The position numbers and the translations under genes were made by a program. 64,000 nucleotides of DNA, from assembly GCA_030248215.1 (NCBI GenBank), contig JASANG010004046.1, forward strand, positions 186,001 through 250,000. Direction: 5' to 3'. How positions within the stretch are numbered: the first letter of the stretch is position 1; each line of letters begins with the position of its first letter. Origin of the DNA: Enoplolaimus lenunculus. Taxonomy: Eukaryota. The notes below the pieces were generated by a model that did no database searches, was not told where the DNA came from, and was given only the letters and a program-made list of their open reading frames with translations. Positions 1 to 12,900 of the stretch are shown here, piece after piece.

Positions 1-3000
1 TTATTTTTAACCCGGGGGTATACCCGCGCAATATTCCTTTACAAGTTGCCCGTCTTTACATGCGCAAAATTTTTTTTATCGTTACCGACCTTACCTGCTC
101 TTATTTATTCTTCTGCGTTCATACAATTGTGTGATTTTACAGTGCATAGATGTGGCTCGCCCGATTACACGTAACAAAAACTTATTACCGGTAATTTTCA
201 AAACAAACCATTAAGTAAAAAATGTCGGTTAATATTGCACATTAATACACCTATCTTCGTTAAAAATATGTTGTTTGCCGATCGGTGATCAGTGAATCAA
301 AACATTCTTGTCTGCACAAAATCGTTGTAGTTAAGAACTTAAAAGCGCATAAATCATACATTTCTTTACGGTTTTGTCGCAATTTGTGTTAAGACCTTTT
401 TCAGAAAGCTGTAAATGTATTGTTTTTCCTGCCAAAGGAAAATATAACCTCTACAGGAACGTTAAGAATGTGGGCAAATGAAATATCATATTGTTTCTAC
501 CTTCAAAAAGCGTTTAAATATTTTTCGATTTAACAGCAGGTTTCTGGTGTGTAATACTTATTTTTCACTCCGGTAACAACAGTTTAAAAAGTCAACTTTT
601 AAGCCGAAGCGTAAACGTGGGGGATGTCAACATGAACCCGATACGTTTCTGCAAATGCCCTTTTAATGTAGTTTAGTGTACTGCAGTTTCCGCCATGGCT
701 TAGCTGATATTTAGCCAATTTACTTCTAAAGGGGAATTTCACACTACCGACTGGCATATATGTAGCCGTATTTTTAACTGAGGACGAGCGTTTGGACTTT
801 GGGCCATGTAGGAACGAAACGTTTTTCTACTCGACTGCAATAGAGTAAGCTTAATGTTTAGATTATTTTTTACTTAGGCTTCGAATTGGGCTTAGGCATC
901 TACAATTTCGTCATAATTAGCCTAAAAGTTAAGCGTGAACCTAAGCCTAAAAGAAAGCAAAAATATGTTGTAAAATCTAAGCATACTTTTTTACAGGCTC
1001 GCAAGAAAACGCGGCGTCCGTAACAGGGGGCATTTGGATGATGGCCTTGAAATAAATATTTTTAGCCTGGTGTAAGGAACAGTCGTCGACTCAGTACCTG
1101 CCCTGAATGCGTCCCAGTAAAGATCATTAACCATGTTTTTTGCTGTTAAGGTACGGGTCTTGGTACGAATAAGGGGTGAACCATTTTTCGCGGGACTGCA
1201 ATGAAGTAAGCTTAAGCGTTAGACTAATTTTTTGCTTAGGCTTAGTTATAGGCTTATTGCTATGGCTCTGTTCTTTACGTTGACCCGATTTGGTTTGAAT
1301 CTAGAAGCGGCTCAGTCTGGTTTCAACCTCGTCAAAAAGCTTTAGCATAATCTACGTGTTTGTGAATTATGTATTTTTCAGCACACTTTGCAGGGTGCAA
1401 TGTATTTCCGCAGGACTCTAATCGAGTAAGCTTAAGCTTTAGACTATTTTTTAGCTGGGTTTAGGCCCGGGCTTATTTGTAGGGTGTTTTGATCATATTC
1501 TGAAGTGCTTAATTTGTTGGGTCGGCTACACATCTGTATGGATTCTTCTTGCAGTAATAGAAAAGTCGAAGACTATTTTACACTTGTCCCGCAGACATAT
1601 GGTTATGCTGCCGTTTTGGAAAAGGCTTACCCAAGCTTAAGCCTGAACCATTGTCAAAGTCTTTACCTAAGCCCTGAGCCTAGCTCTTCACATAAAATGT
1701 TGGGGACGTGTACAAGAACTAAGTTAAGTAATTAAAAGGACACCAATACTGGTTTAGCAACATTCTTGGTTTATTATAATACTTCGTATATATGTATACT
1801 CAGTCAAAACAAATCGCGGGGTATGAAAAGAAAAGAATCAGCTTTCGCTAATCTTCGACAGGGGGTTTAGCCAGGATTTCATTTTGGAAAGGTGTAACTG
1901 CATTGCAGAAACAAAGTTGCCAGCTAGAATAGCGATCGCAAACTAAATTTAAACATGAAACGTCAGTTTCTATGCAATCCGTAAACTGTTGCAGTCCAAG
2001 AATGTCGAGGTGTATGTATTCAATGTACCAATTAATTTAGGTTTGGCTAATTGTGAACGTTAGAATTTTATGACAACTTTATCAACGCTTGTGTCAAGTT
2101 AGCTGGGTATCGAGAGTAGAGACAGTCGTTATTTCTTGTTGATACCAAATTTTATGCAAATATAAATTGAAATAATGAACATAAGCGGACGAACATTCGA
2201 ATAACATTGCTCGCAAAGGCCTGCGTTTTAATCACCGCTAAACTGAATGAAATCTGAAGTATGCGAAAGGATAAATAAGTATCGAATGCAAAAAACAATT
2301 ACGAAATTTTCTAGTTATAGAACAATCATGTCTACATGCTACGAAGCTATTGTTAACAAAGTACGCTTGAAACTTGCCCAAAATACGTATGTGGGGTATT
2401 CCAGCTTAGCTATACTTAGTTTAAAAGCTAGTGTTTACATTGAATGCGATACACTAACTAAGCCTCTTAGCCAGCCCTATAATAGAAATCGCTGATTCGG
2501 CAATTTTTGACTCAGCGGAGCGGTGATTATTGTCGTGTACCCACAATTTCGCTATTGAAATATTACGGAACAATACTTCCGTTACGGGGTAGGGCCCACT
2601 TCAGGATTAATGACAAATAATCAGCTATCGTAAAAACGCGGGCCTTTGTAAACAAAATATTGCATCACAAATAGCACATTTGATTCATTGCAAATTAAAC
2701 ACATTCCAGGGCGGAGCAAGTACACCATATAAGACGGAGGTAGAGTCTGAAAACCTATCGGTAACTGGCTCATGCTAATTATAGGTGTCTGCCCACTAAA
2801 CCAAATCTAAACCTAAGCGTATACCTGTCTGCCCACTAAGCCAAACCTAAACGTAAACGTATACCTAACGCTCCAAGTTCCACAGTCCCTGAGCCATTCC
2901 AGTGGTCCTAGTTCTGCAATTAACATGACACAACGCATAGTTCCGGAAACACGACCGTTTAGAAACCATGGTTACGTTCTCGTAACAAAAAATTTATAAG

Positions 3001-3333
3001 GGTTGGTTTGCCTACCAAAATGTTTGGACAAAAATCACCAAACCGGTGAGCGCGATACCGCCAAAATTAACTGTCTGGGTACACGATTACATGTCAGAGC
3101 TGTGTAAATGAGATGTTCGCGTCAGGGTGCAGCCAGAAATAATAAATACCGAAGCCGGAGGTCAACAAATTTTGTCGGAACCTATGGTAGAATTTCTACT
3201 GGAGCCGGAGGTCGATTTTCTGCCGAATCCGTAGGTGGACGATCGGTTGTACTCTGATGTCCGTAGAAGTGATTTCTGCAATGTGATTCGCTTTGAAGAA
3301 CATCGGACCAAACTTTAAAGAACAATGAAACCA

Positions 3334-3344
3334 TTTATTTTATT
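3334..3344 (-). terminator. Candidate polyadenylation signal (two overlapping AATAAA) of the anosmin-like gene
   Basis: Plus-strand TTTATTTTATT about 155 nt past the stop codon. Confidence 0.55.
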
Positions 3345-3498
3345 GCTACACATGATAAAGTTTCAACTGATGTTACCGCGATGAACGAGAGCATAATCTC
3401 ATTTGACACCTCTCCAATCAGCTTCTCGTAGGTCGTTGGTTCGAAACAAGCGTGTCTTTAACCGTACCAAAATTTTTCCCCAAAGCTCAGTACTGGAT

Positions 3499-3950
3499 TT
3501 AACTTGAAATGACAACATTTACAGCTGACAACGACCATCTGACGTCATTCGATTCAGCATATAACCTAAGTGTTGATGGCAATATTAATAATAGAACAAT
3601 TGAGCACCAAAACGAATTATTGTTCACTAAAATTCCCTGATAATTTGGGCAAAAAGTTCTTTGTAAGTTTTTAAATTGTAAACGAGAGCTGGCGCCCGAT
3701 GTTACCACTGGGGCGTTAGTACGACTGGTAATGTAGAAATCAGGCTGAGACTCAGGGGGCCAAGGAGCGAGCTGTTCTTGTTGAGTTTGAAGGTCCGAGT
3801 TCGGCCACGATGACACTACTCGGCCGAGGCGATCTTTTGTGCCGATTTTAGGGTGTTTGAGAGTTTTGGTTGGGGCTAGTAAAGCTGTTGATCGATTAGA
3901 CGAGCTATTTGATGCTGTTGAGGTTGGTTTATTGTTTACTTGGAGATGGT
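3499..3950 (-). CDS. ANOS1: Anosmin-like last coding exon (long form): S/T/P-rich stalk plus hydrophobic segment
   Basis: Acceptor tttttcttaatttgcccgttcaacatttcag ending at 3951 is phase-1 compatible with the 181-aa ORF frame; stop TAA at 3499-3501. Confidence 0.65.
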
Positions 3951-6900
3951 CTGAAATGTTGAACGGGCAAATTAAGAAAAATGCTGTTTGGCTGCCTATT
4001 TTGGGCGCCTGTTTAATTCCCTGTACAAAAAGTTCTCCCCACACGTAATGGCTGGAATAATAAAATAAACTAATGCTTAGACTCGGGCTAAAGGTTCACG
4101 TTTAGCCTAAGTCTCAGTCTAAGCCTAAGCTTAGTTTAGAAAAATAGTAAACAGTGATGTAAGCGATGGAAAATTTTAAATTCTATCAAGTTAACGCTAC
4201 TCTGAGGGGGACTAAACCAGTGCCCTCTTTGGAATGTTCATAAATATTTCGGTATTATTTGAAGTTTAGGGCGGCAGATTTAATCCCTGGTTATTTATAG
4301 AATAAACCTTAAAGTTCAATAACTAATTTTAAGTATACCTGACTGAGTTTAATTGTTCAAAAATTCACCCAAAATTCAAACGTTACGTCTCCGAAATTTT
4401 TAAAAATTTTTGCGTTAAAGTTAAAAGTCATTAAGCATTTATAATTTTAGTGTTTTCACTTCGTGGTTAAAGCGTTTCGGCTCTTGTTCCGTCACACCAT
4501 TAAAAATTTCAAATATTGACATAACTCTGCATCAAAGACGCTCTCGCTTAGGTTTAGGTTTAGGCTTAAGCTTATGAGGAAAAGTGAGCACGAGCCGGCG
4601 TTTCGCATCATTTTACTGCGTTAATATTAATTTTAACTTTTCCTGCCTCAATTCGGTTTTCTGTCAGAGATGGACCGAAACTGGCATAAATAGGAGCTGT
4701 TCCGAAGCTCCGTTAATATTTTTACTAAATAATTTGCAAGTTTCCTTTAAAAATTTAAACAACAGTTTGAAAATACTGGACTCGCTCCTGTCAAGGTATT
4801 AGTAAGTTAAGTATTACAGTAACTCACCTGTTTTAGACTGTTCATTGTTTGATGATGTATCAATTTCGGTTCTTGCAACTTGACTAACACCGGTTTTCGA
4901 CATGGCTTGAACTTGTACTAAATATCGCGAATTTGGGCTTAATTGATTAAGAAGTACCGATTCTTGTTCCTAAAATATAAAATAAAAACATAACTGCCAT
5001 TGATTTGAGGTCAATACTGTTCAGATTGTGATGTTGGGAAAAACAGTTCGGCGTACGTCGTAGTATCGAATCTCAACAAGACTTGAAATCACAATCAGTC
5101 ACGTGAACTAAAGTCTCACATTTGAGTGGTGAGAGCACATTTCATCCAAAAGTCATAAGTTCATATACACAGCACTTGAACTCAATTTTTGATAAAATTC
5201 GAAAATATTGAAGCGAGAAAAGTCTAAGTGTCTCTATCACCTCTTTTTCGGCTACTTTGTTCACCTTATATATCAACTTACTGGCTCAACAACTTTTACC
5301 ACAATTGAGCTTTGTTCAACATTTGCAAAACTGGTTCGTTTTCCAGGCGTGCCTGCAGATGCTGTTTTTACGATTCGACCATACATAACACGATAAGCTG
5401 TGATTTGATTGGCTAATTCACGTTCGACAGGTAGACTCCATACGCATTCTGCGGTCACTGCAGCTTCTATCATTTTTGATTGGCTGTGTTTAGGTAACGT
5501 TGGAAACGAACTTTTTAGATGCTCGACGACTGAACACAGAATATTTTCGGATGTCCAAGGTCCGGCACTATCTGAAACAGTTACTATTTTTTACTGCACC
5601 AAATAAATTGACACCAGTTGGCACTAGTAATGTTGATCGAACCACAATAAAAAACAGGCCGGTTAGTCTGCGGATTGACGCTGAATAGCGCGCGAATCGG
5701 ACTGCATAAGGCTGATCCAATGTCACTTTACGTAAAAATATTGTTTCTACTGCCAGCATAACAAAATTAAATATTAAAAACATAAATCTGTTCCACATTG
5801 ATTTTCAAACAATGTCAAGATTTTCCTCAACAGTAAATCCGTGATAGTGGAAATATTTTTCAACTGCCAATTCTAAATCATGTCTTGGAATTGTATTTGA
5901 AGTTTTTCAGTAAATATCGGAAAATAATAAGTTCAACTACCTGGCAAAATCGCTCAACAGCTGAAATGACAACTGACTTACTCAATTTTGGACAATACGG
6001 CTTAAATTCGCCGCGAATTTCTGTATCTTTACATTTAGGCGTTTCAAATGTTATTTGGGAGCTTGCAGAACGCAATGTAGCATCAGCGTTTCGTGAAGTT
6101 ACGTTAACCGTATACTGACAACCAAACTGTAAATCGTACAGCTCAAATTTTGTAGCCTAAAACAAATCTTTCAAAAATTGAATTTTTAAATTTCAGTTGC
6201 TATCAAAGGATGACTTCAACGTATAGATCAGCATAACAGCCGATGGTTGAGAATATAAAATTTACTTTTTATACCGAAAAGGTCGTACTTGTTTAGTTTG
6301 CTCCACTAGTGTTAATTTAATAGAAGGGGAATGTCCCATCATAGTATTAATATTATCATATTATCGCATGTTCATGCTTAGTAAGCCTCAGGCTCATGCT
6401 TAAATTAAGGTTTATACTCAGGCATATTTTCACGCTGAGGAATAGGCTGAGGATCATGTTCGTTATGTATTAAAAAATAGCGAGTGGTGGGAGCAAACAT
6501 GCAGCAGAAGCGTAGCTGAGTGGTGTAACACGGATCCGGGCGGTGACATATATAAGTACTTATATTATTTATGAATTTATTTAACTTTACTTCACCTCTG
6601 GCTATGTCTCCATCGTAAGCGTACCTGTAGAACGGCGAAATCTGTCGACAATCCGACTGATTAATAAATTTTTCCGTCAACTGTCGATAACGATTAGCCC
6701 TTTCCCACAAGAATATTTACTATTACGTAATAACATATTTCACGCCAGGGAGCTTGACGTTCCACCCCATGGGGCCCACAGATCTTATGAAAATTTGGCA
6801 CTACTCATACAAGCGATATATAACTGTTAAACGCTGCACGTTGCTCAGTGATTCACTAACTACTCTGCTTGAGAACGGGTGAAATTTACAAGAATACTAT

Positions 6901-9900
6901 ATTGCAAGCATACTTCTACGTTATGAGTCAACGGTTTGCTCACTGCGTACTCGCTGAATACAGTATCGAGACAGAAACTCGGCCACCAAACCAAATCGTA
7001 TCGTGTTGCGTCGGGTCCTAAACCAAAAAAAATTATATATTTTAGAAACAGAAATTAAAAAATTAAGTAAACTTAAAAAATCTAAATATTGAAAACTTTA
7101 CGAGTTCGATACTTTAAAAACAAGAATGGCGAAAAGATTTGTAATGCAAATTTTTGATCGACAAATCGTTTTTAACATCACGAACCACGATATCACGACA
7201 ATACGTCGGTGGACGAGATGTTGCTTAGCAACGTTTCGGGCGACAAATTCTCCTGATATCCTACTCCATGTCAGAAACATAACGAAACGTACCTGGCCCT
7301 AGATAATTCCACGATATAATTGCTTTGAGCAGTCCGTTTTGATAATAAGGCTTTTGAACGTGAATATTGACAATTTTCGGCGTGACGTATGGTTGATATG
7401 TAATCATTGATTTTTCGTTATTTTGGCTTGTTTCGTCGGAAATGTTCGCCACACCAGAAACACTCTCGTTCAGCCGAAAATCTGAGTCAGATTCTTGGTT
7501 TATACCTGAAATTGAGCCAAAAAATATTATTCTTCAGTTAAAAAAATTCAAGCTGGTAGTAATTTTATAAACAAAGATTATAGCGAATGCAAATTTACAA
7601 GAATCTCAATTTTATGTTTAGGCGTCCTGATGGGTTAACCGAATAGCATAAAGTGTCGAAATTTCGAATCTCATTTTTGTAGCCCCACGACTTAGTTTAT
7701 TTTGGTTTAGTCTCTTGAAAAACTAACCCCACTATAGGCATTTTAGGACGGGCCGGGCTGGCACAAAAATCAGCCCTGGTATTTGGATATAAATCAACCC
7801 ATCACAAACTATTCAGATAATTAATTGCTTAACCCGAGTTCGCCGGACATTTGTCCGGTCGACCGTATAGTAAGTTTTCCCCTGTCCTAGGTTCAGGTTT
7901 AAGCTAATAAAAAGTTTTATCAATTATACACGAGCGTAGCCACAGTTGCACTTCAGTATGCTTTCCCATGATTTTTTAGACTACAGAATCCAGCAAGTTA
8001 TTCTAATATTTGTAAAAATGTGTTTTTCTTGTTTCTCCAGAAATTTTTGTGCGCATACGTCCCCCAAAATAGCAAAATAAACTAACCTATCGGCGTTGAC
8101 CTCTCGTCTTTCTCCAGCTCATTGACTAACGGAACAATATACAACGTCGCTTTCTCGCCACGCCATTCGTCAGTTTCAGCCAATGCGATTGCTTGAACTT
8201 CGATCAAGTACCGAACATTCGGTTTGAGTCTGGACAGAAGCGCAGTTGTTTTATCACCAGGCACCAGTGTAGTTTTTGCTGGCTGTCGAGCAAATTCCCA
8301 CCCGTTAGATGTATCAGAAGTGTCTTCTTCTCTTGTTTTTATTTGTTTAAGAAATGTGTGAGGGCCCTGAATCCCGGCAGTATTGCGAACTTGAAGCTCT
8401 GAGCCGTTTAAACTTGAGTCCAAACTTGGCGAAGACAAATTATTTGCTATAAAGTATTCTTTGAGTTCAAATTCATAAAATTGAGTTTTATTAGGTATAG
8501 ACTGTTCAAATTGATACAACTGGTTAGGTTTAACAATCTTTTGGTGATTTTCAGACTTCTCCAAACTTCCAGTAGCCGTTGGTGAATAGTTCTTGCGTTT
8601 CGGAGGTGAATCTGCAGACATTAACGAGGTCCATGTGCCGTTTGCGTTCCTAGTGGCCTGAAAAGATGGCGTGTCGGGGCTTTCAGCCCACGATATTTGG
8701 AAGTGAATGATCGGAAGATCGGATACAGGCGGAATCCAGTGAATATACTGATTGACCAGTCCGTTTTCAAGCTCAGCGAGACCCGCCGCAAGTTTTTCCG
8801 GTTTGCCTGGCGCTTTTGGACCTGAAATCGCCAAGAATTTGAATTATATGAACCGTTCAAATTGGGGACATATTTGGAAAATTAATGCTGCGAAAGCATG
8901 AAGGCTTATACTCGCAATATGCAGATAACCGATCAACTGCTGTGACCACTGAACTCTACATCCATATTTTAATGAACTGCTTCAGCAGCAGAACGCTAAA
9001 CGCTTTTAATGTTTGTCAAAACGTTATTTTAGAATCGGGTCTTTTCCATTATATATCCCACGCAGCCCACGTTTACCAAAAAATCGTTGGAGTTAAATTG
9101 TTTTGCATATTTGAGCTCCTCATGACCTCCCCTGATCATTCCATGCTCAAATTGGAACTTTGAACAATTTAATTTTTAAGGTCTCAAAAAGAAATTTTTT
9201 GGTCAAAAAGTTAGACACATTTTGACACAAAAGACCATTAAGATTCAATATGAACGCTTTTTTCGAAACGGTAACAAACGTTGTATATTTTTGGCACAAT
9301 TGCTATTAAACATTAGATAAATTTGAAACTAACTTTTTGACAATTTAAATATGGCACTTGGTGTTGAAAATCCATGACTGCCGTACTGATTCACCGCAGA
9401 GACACGAAATTCATAGTAGCGACCGGGTGAAAGTAAATGTTTTACAATTGCATACATTTTGTTGCGCTAAAACAGTGACAAACTACAAGCCAATTATACA
9501 TAAAACTATTTTAGTTGTCAAGATTAATCTCATGTCTTTTCGGGCGAATTTTAAGCTCTAACGTGTTGTGCAGATTTTGTTCTTATAAATACATGTATTA
9601 CTAGTTGCTAAACAGTTTGGGAATAACAGTTACTCATAAGAAGACGGGAAAACGAAACAACTCGTGATAACCATTCGAATATATAACTTAGTCGCTTTTA
9701 GTCTTCTAAAATCACTCAGACCCATAATTAAGAGTTTAAATTTGACAGAATTGTAAGAAGTTTTGATGGGAACAGGCAAAATTTTTCTAAATATAAATTT
9801 CTTTAAATGTTATGCAAAAGTTGGAGATGCGGCGAAGAAATCTACAGGTGCGGACAACGCCGGCTTCAAATACTCTCCGTAATGGCGTCCGTATCGAAGA

Positions 9901-12900
9901 CACATCTATTCACAATTAAAAAAGGTAAGTATCGTAACATACGATTGAAATTGTTTGCCATGGGGTCATTTCTGTTTCGTTCGCAGTCACGCCCCATCGC
10001 CATTGAACAATATACAAGTTGGCATGTGTTGCTACTTGGTCTGCGTTTAGTTTTGACTGAACCCAACGAATAATTACAGATCGGCCCCGTTTGCGTTCTT
10101 GGACGCTCACATCGGTTGGCATTGGCAACAAATCTAAACATTCCAAATTGCAATGTGTTGATTAATCAACTCAGAGAGCGAATTATTAATTTCTGGTTAT
10201 TTCTAAGTTAATAATAGGAAACATCAGCTCACTCTAAGTTCATTTAATTCGGAATGAGTTAATTAACTCACATTTAGTTCAATCAGTTCAGAATTCTGAG
10301 TTCTGAAAAGCCTAATTCAGAGCTAACATTTCTCAGTGTATTGAACTCATTGTGAGTTGAAATCAACTCACTGGAATTCGCGGTGTATATTAAACACTGT
10401 CGGGAGGGGATACTCATTGGCGGATCCAGGCTGGATAGAAGTGCATTTTCCCGCCGGTCCTGCCATGTCGAAAATTTTACGATGCAAATAGTTGATCCGA
10501 AAAAAGTATGTTTTGTAGTAAAATAGGTAAATAATGTGGCAATGTTATAACCTAAAATTAAAAAATTTGCCGGCGTCGGCGCAATTGCTCAACCTTAAAA
10601 TATCGAAAATTTGCTACAAAGAAATTTTGAATCATTAAAATTTCAAAACGTTAAAAGCATCTTCCCCCAACTCCCGGAAAATACTTTATCGACAACTGAA
10701 GGCACTTTTACTTTCATTTAAATTAACATTTTGGGTTGGAAGTAAACAAACACCATATCTTCACCTCAAGCCGAAAATCAAATATTCTGACCATACGTCA
10801 GTTCACTTGTATGTACTACGATTTGATTATTGTGGTCTCGGTGTAAATATAAGCAGTCCCAGCGTGTTACAGAGCTTCGAATTGTTTTTAGGATGACAGT
10901 TACATATTGAAGCGGGCTAAAACTTTTTAAGAGAGGGTAAAATTGTTCTAGGTAATCATCACTTTCATCTGAACGGAACCCGTCTCAGCTAAGAGATCGT
11001 GCATAAACCAATTTGTTACAATTTAGGTTTATAAATGACGAAAAAGGTTATACCTGTTGGAGCAGTATACGTATCAACACACGCCGTTCCACATCCTTCA
11101 CCACAACATTTCATTTTACCCGAACAATTGCCGTCGTTTCGACATGTTGACACGCATTCCTGAAATTAAAATAAAAAAATTCAATTTGGCTTTATAATTA
11201 TTGATTATATCAAGAGCGCACGATCGCAAGAGTGTGTTACTTGCTAGGTTGAGCGTGGTACGAGAAAATTATGCGCTACAGCTGCGAACGAATGTCCACA
11301 AATTAGCTTTTAAAATGTAGCCAGAGCTGAAAGTGACACTGAGGAATTTTAGTTGCACCATTGTGTCAAAAATTCTAGTTGAAAAATTTCAATAAAAATC
11401 GTTCTTGTATATCTAAAACACATAATCCTTTTTGAAGTCTGCGGTTAACGAAAACAGAAGTCAGCGCTTGAGGTTGGTGACAGCAACAAAATATCAAACC
11501 CAACTAAACAAAGCATTGAACTTTTGCTTTTTCAACGATCACTATATTCTGTGCAGAAAAGACTGTATTCAGCCCGTGCCTTGCATTTAACAACAGCTGG
11601 TGTCCATGTATGAAAGGTCACATAGATTTTAGGAAGGTCAACATATATTTTATCAGTGTAGTAGTTATACCTAGAAAAGTATTCAAATAGCCTACGAGAG
11701 ATATTTTTGTTTAAAAGGTTTGAAGGTGCGTTTAGGCAGGGTTACGGATCTTCGCCCTCCCCAAAACTATGGCGAGGTAACCCAAACACGCAACGCGCAT
11801 ACTGTAGTGACCCGAATAAGAGGGGGACTGATATTTATTTGGCCTCTCCAGAGGGTCCCCCTCTTGTTATTCGGTTACGGACTGATATTTATTTTGAAAC
11901 AGCCCTGCGCCACCCTTCCTTACTGATATATCCGGTATTGCAACAATCCGTTCAATTAAACGGTTTTTGCCTTGCATCAAAAGCTTGAACATTAATGCAA
12001 GGTTATAATTAGGGATGTACTTTCAAAATTTAAGTAAGCTTTAATGTTTCGAACTCAAATTATTTGGTCCTGGAGTCATTTATGCGCTACAATTAGTGAT
12101 AATTGACATATATGTACTCTAATTAGGGTATAGGGACTCGACCCGCTTACGGACTCTTATTAGGGATACGGACTCCTATTGATTGGGACTCAAAATGCGG
12201 ACCCCCTCTTATCACACCCTTCTTAATCGGGTCAATACAGTAGGTAAATTTGGTACCACACTGAGTTATGTTGCAAACTGTTGTCAAAAACTTATTTGCG
12301 ATTCTTGCTGCACCAACAGTCGATGATGACTTTGCGGGCAAAAGTATAAAACTTTAGTGCTGATGCATGGTATAAAATGCAGTTACCAGCTCGTATTGGG
12401 TTTTTACACTACCCCATCCCATGAGGTGCCTAGCACCTTTTACTTGAAACATGTCGTAAAATACAGGATTTAAGAATGTAATCGAAGCAACTTCAGTTCA
12501 AATTGTAAATATTGCTTCAAAGTACGCCCAATGGCGGATCCACGGGGGGCCACCCCGGCCGTGGCCCCCCAACAGCATCTCGACAAAAATTATATTGGGA
12601 CTCAAAATGGGGGCCCCCTTTTGTTTCGGCCACTACAGTATGGGTCAAAAATAAGTTTACCTGTGAAATTTTGCCCCCCATTTTGAGATCCTGGATCCGC
12701 CACTGAGTACGCCTCATACTGACTGAGACGGTATGCTAAAAACGCAACGCGTGTTGAGTACATTCTTTTCCGCATAGAATTTTACACAGTTGCATACTCT
12801 TGTCTAAGGAATCACTCACGCTTCTACTGACAACATACAGAGAATAATGAAACAACAAAAAACCATTACGTTAGTATATTTTTTGAGCGTTGTCTGATGA

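Noticed and set aside
6405..6710. 101-aa minus-strand ORF in intron 8
   Set aside because: Exons 8 and 9 join in frame to complete the FnIII domain without it, and it has no recognisable motif.
9807..10153. Overlapping ORFs in intron 5 considered as the missing FnIII.1 exon
   Set aside because: No FnIII W/Y/L-P motif pattern and no suitable phase-1 acceptor-donor pair.
10798..10916. Candidate minus-strand exon (ttttag...gtatgg) in intron 5
   Set aside because: The phase required after the WAP exon hits a stop within a few codons, and the other frames show no FnIII similarity.
12820..12869. Extension of exon 4 to a GTGAGT donor, adding a hydrophobic stretch
   Set aside because: It would be out of phase with the WAP exon and would break WAP Cys spacing; the donor at 12869 fits exactly.
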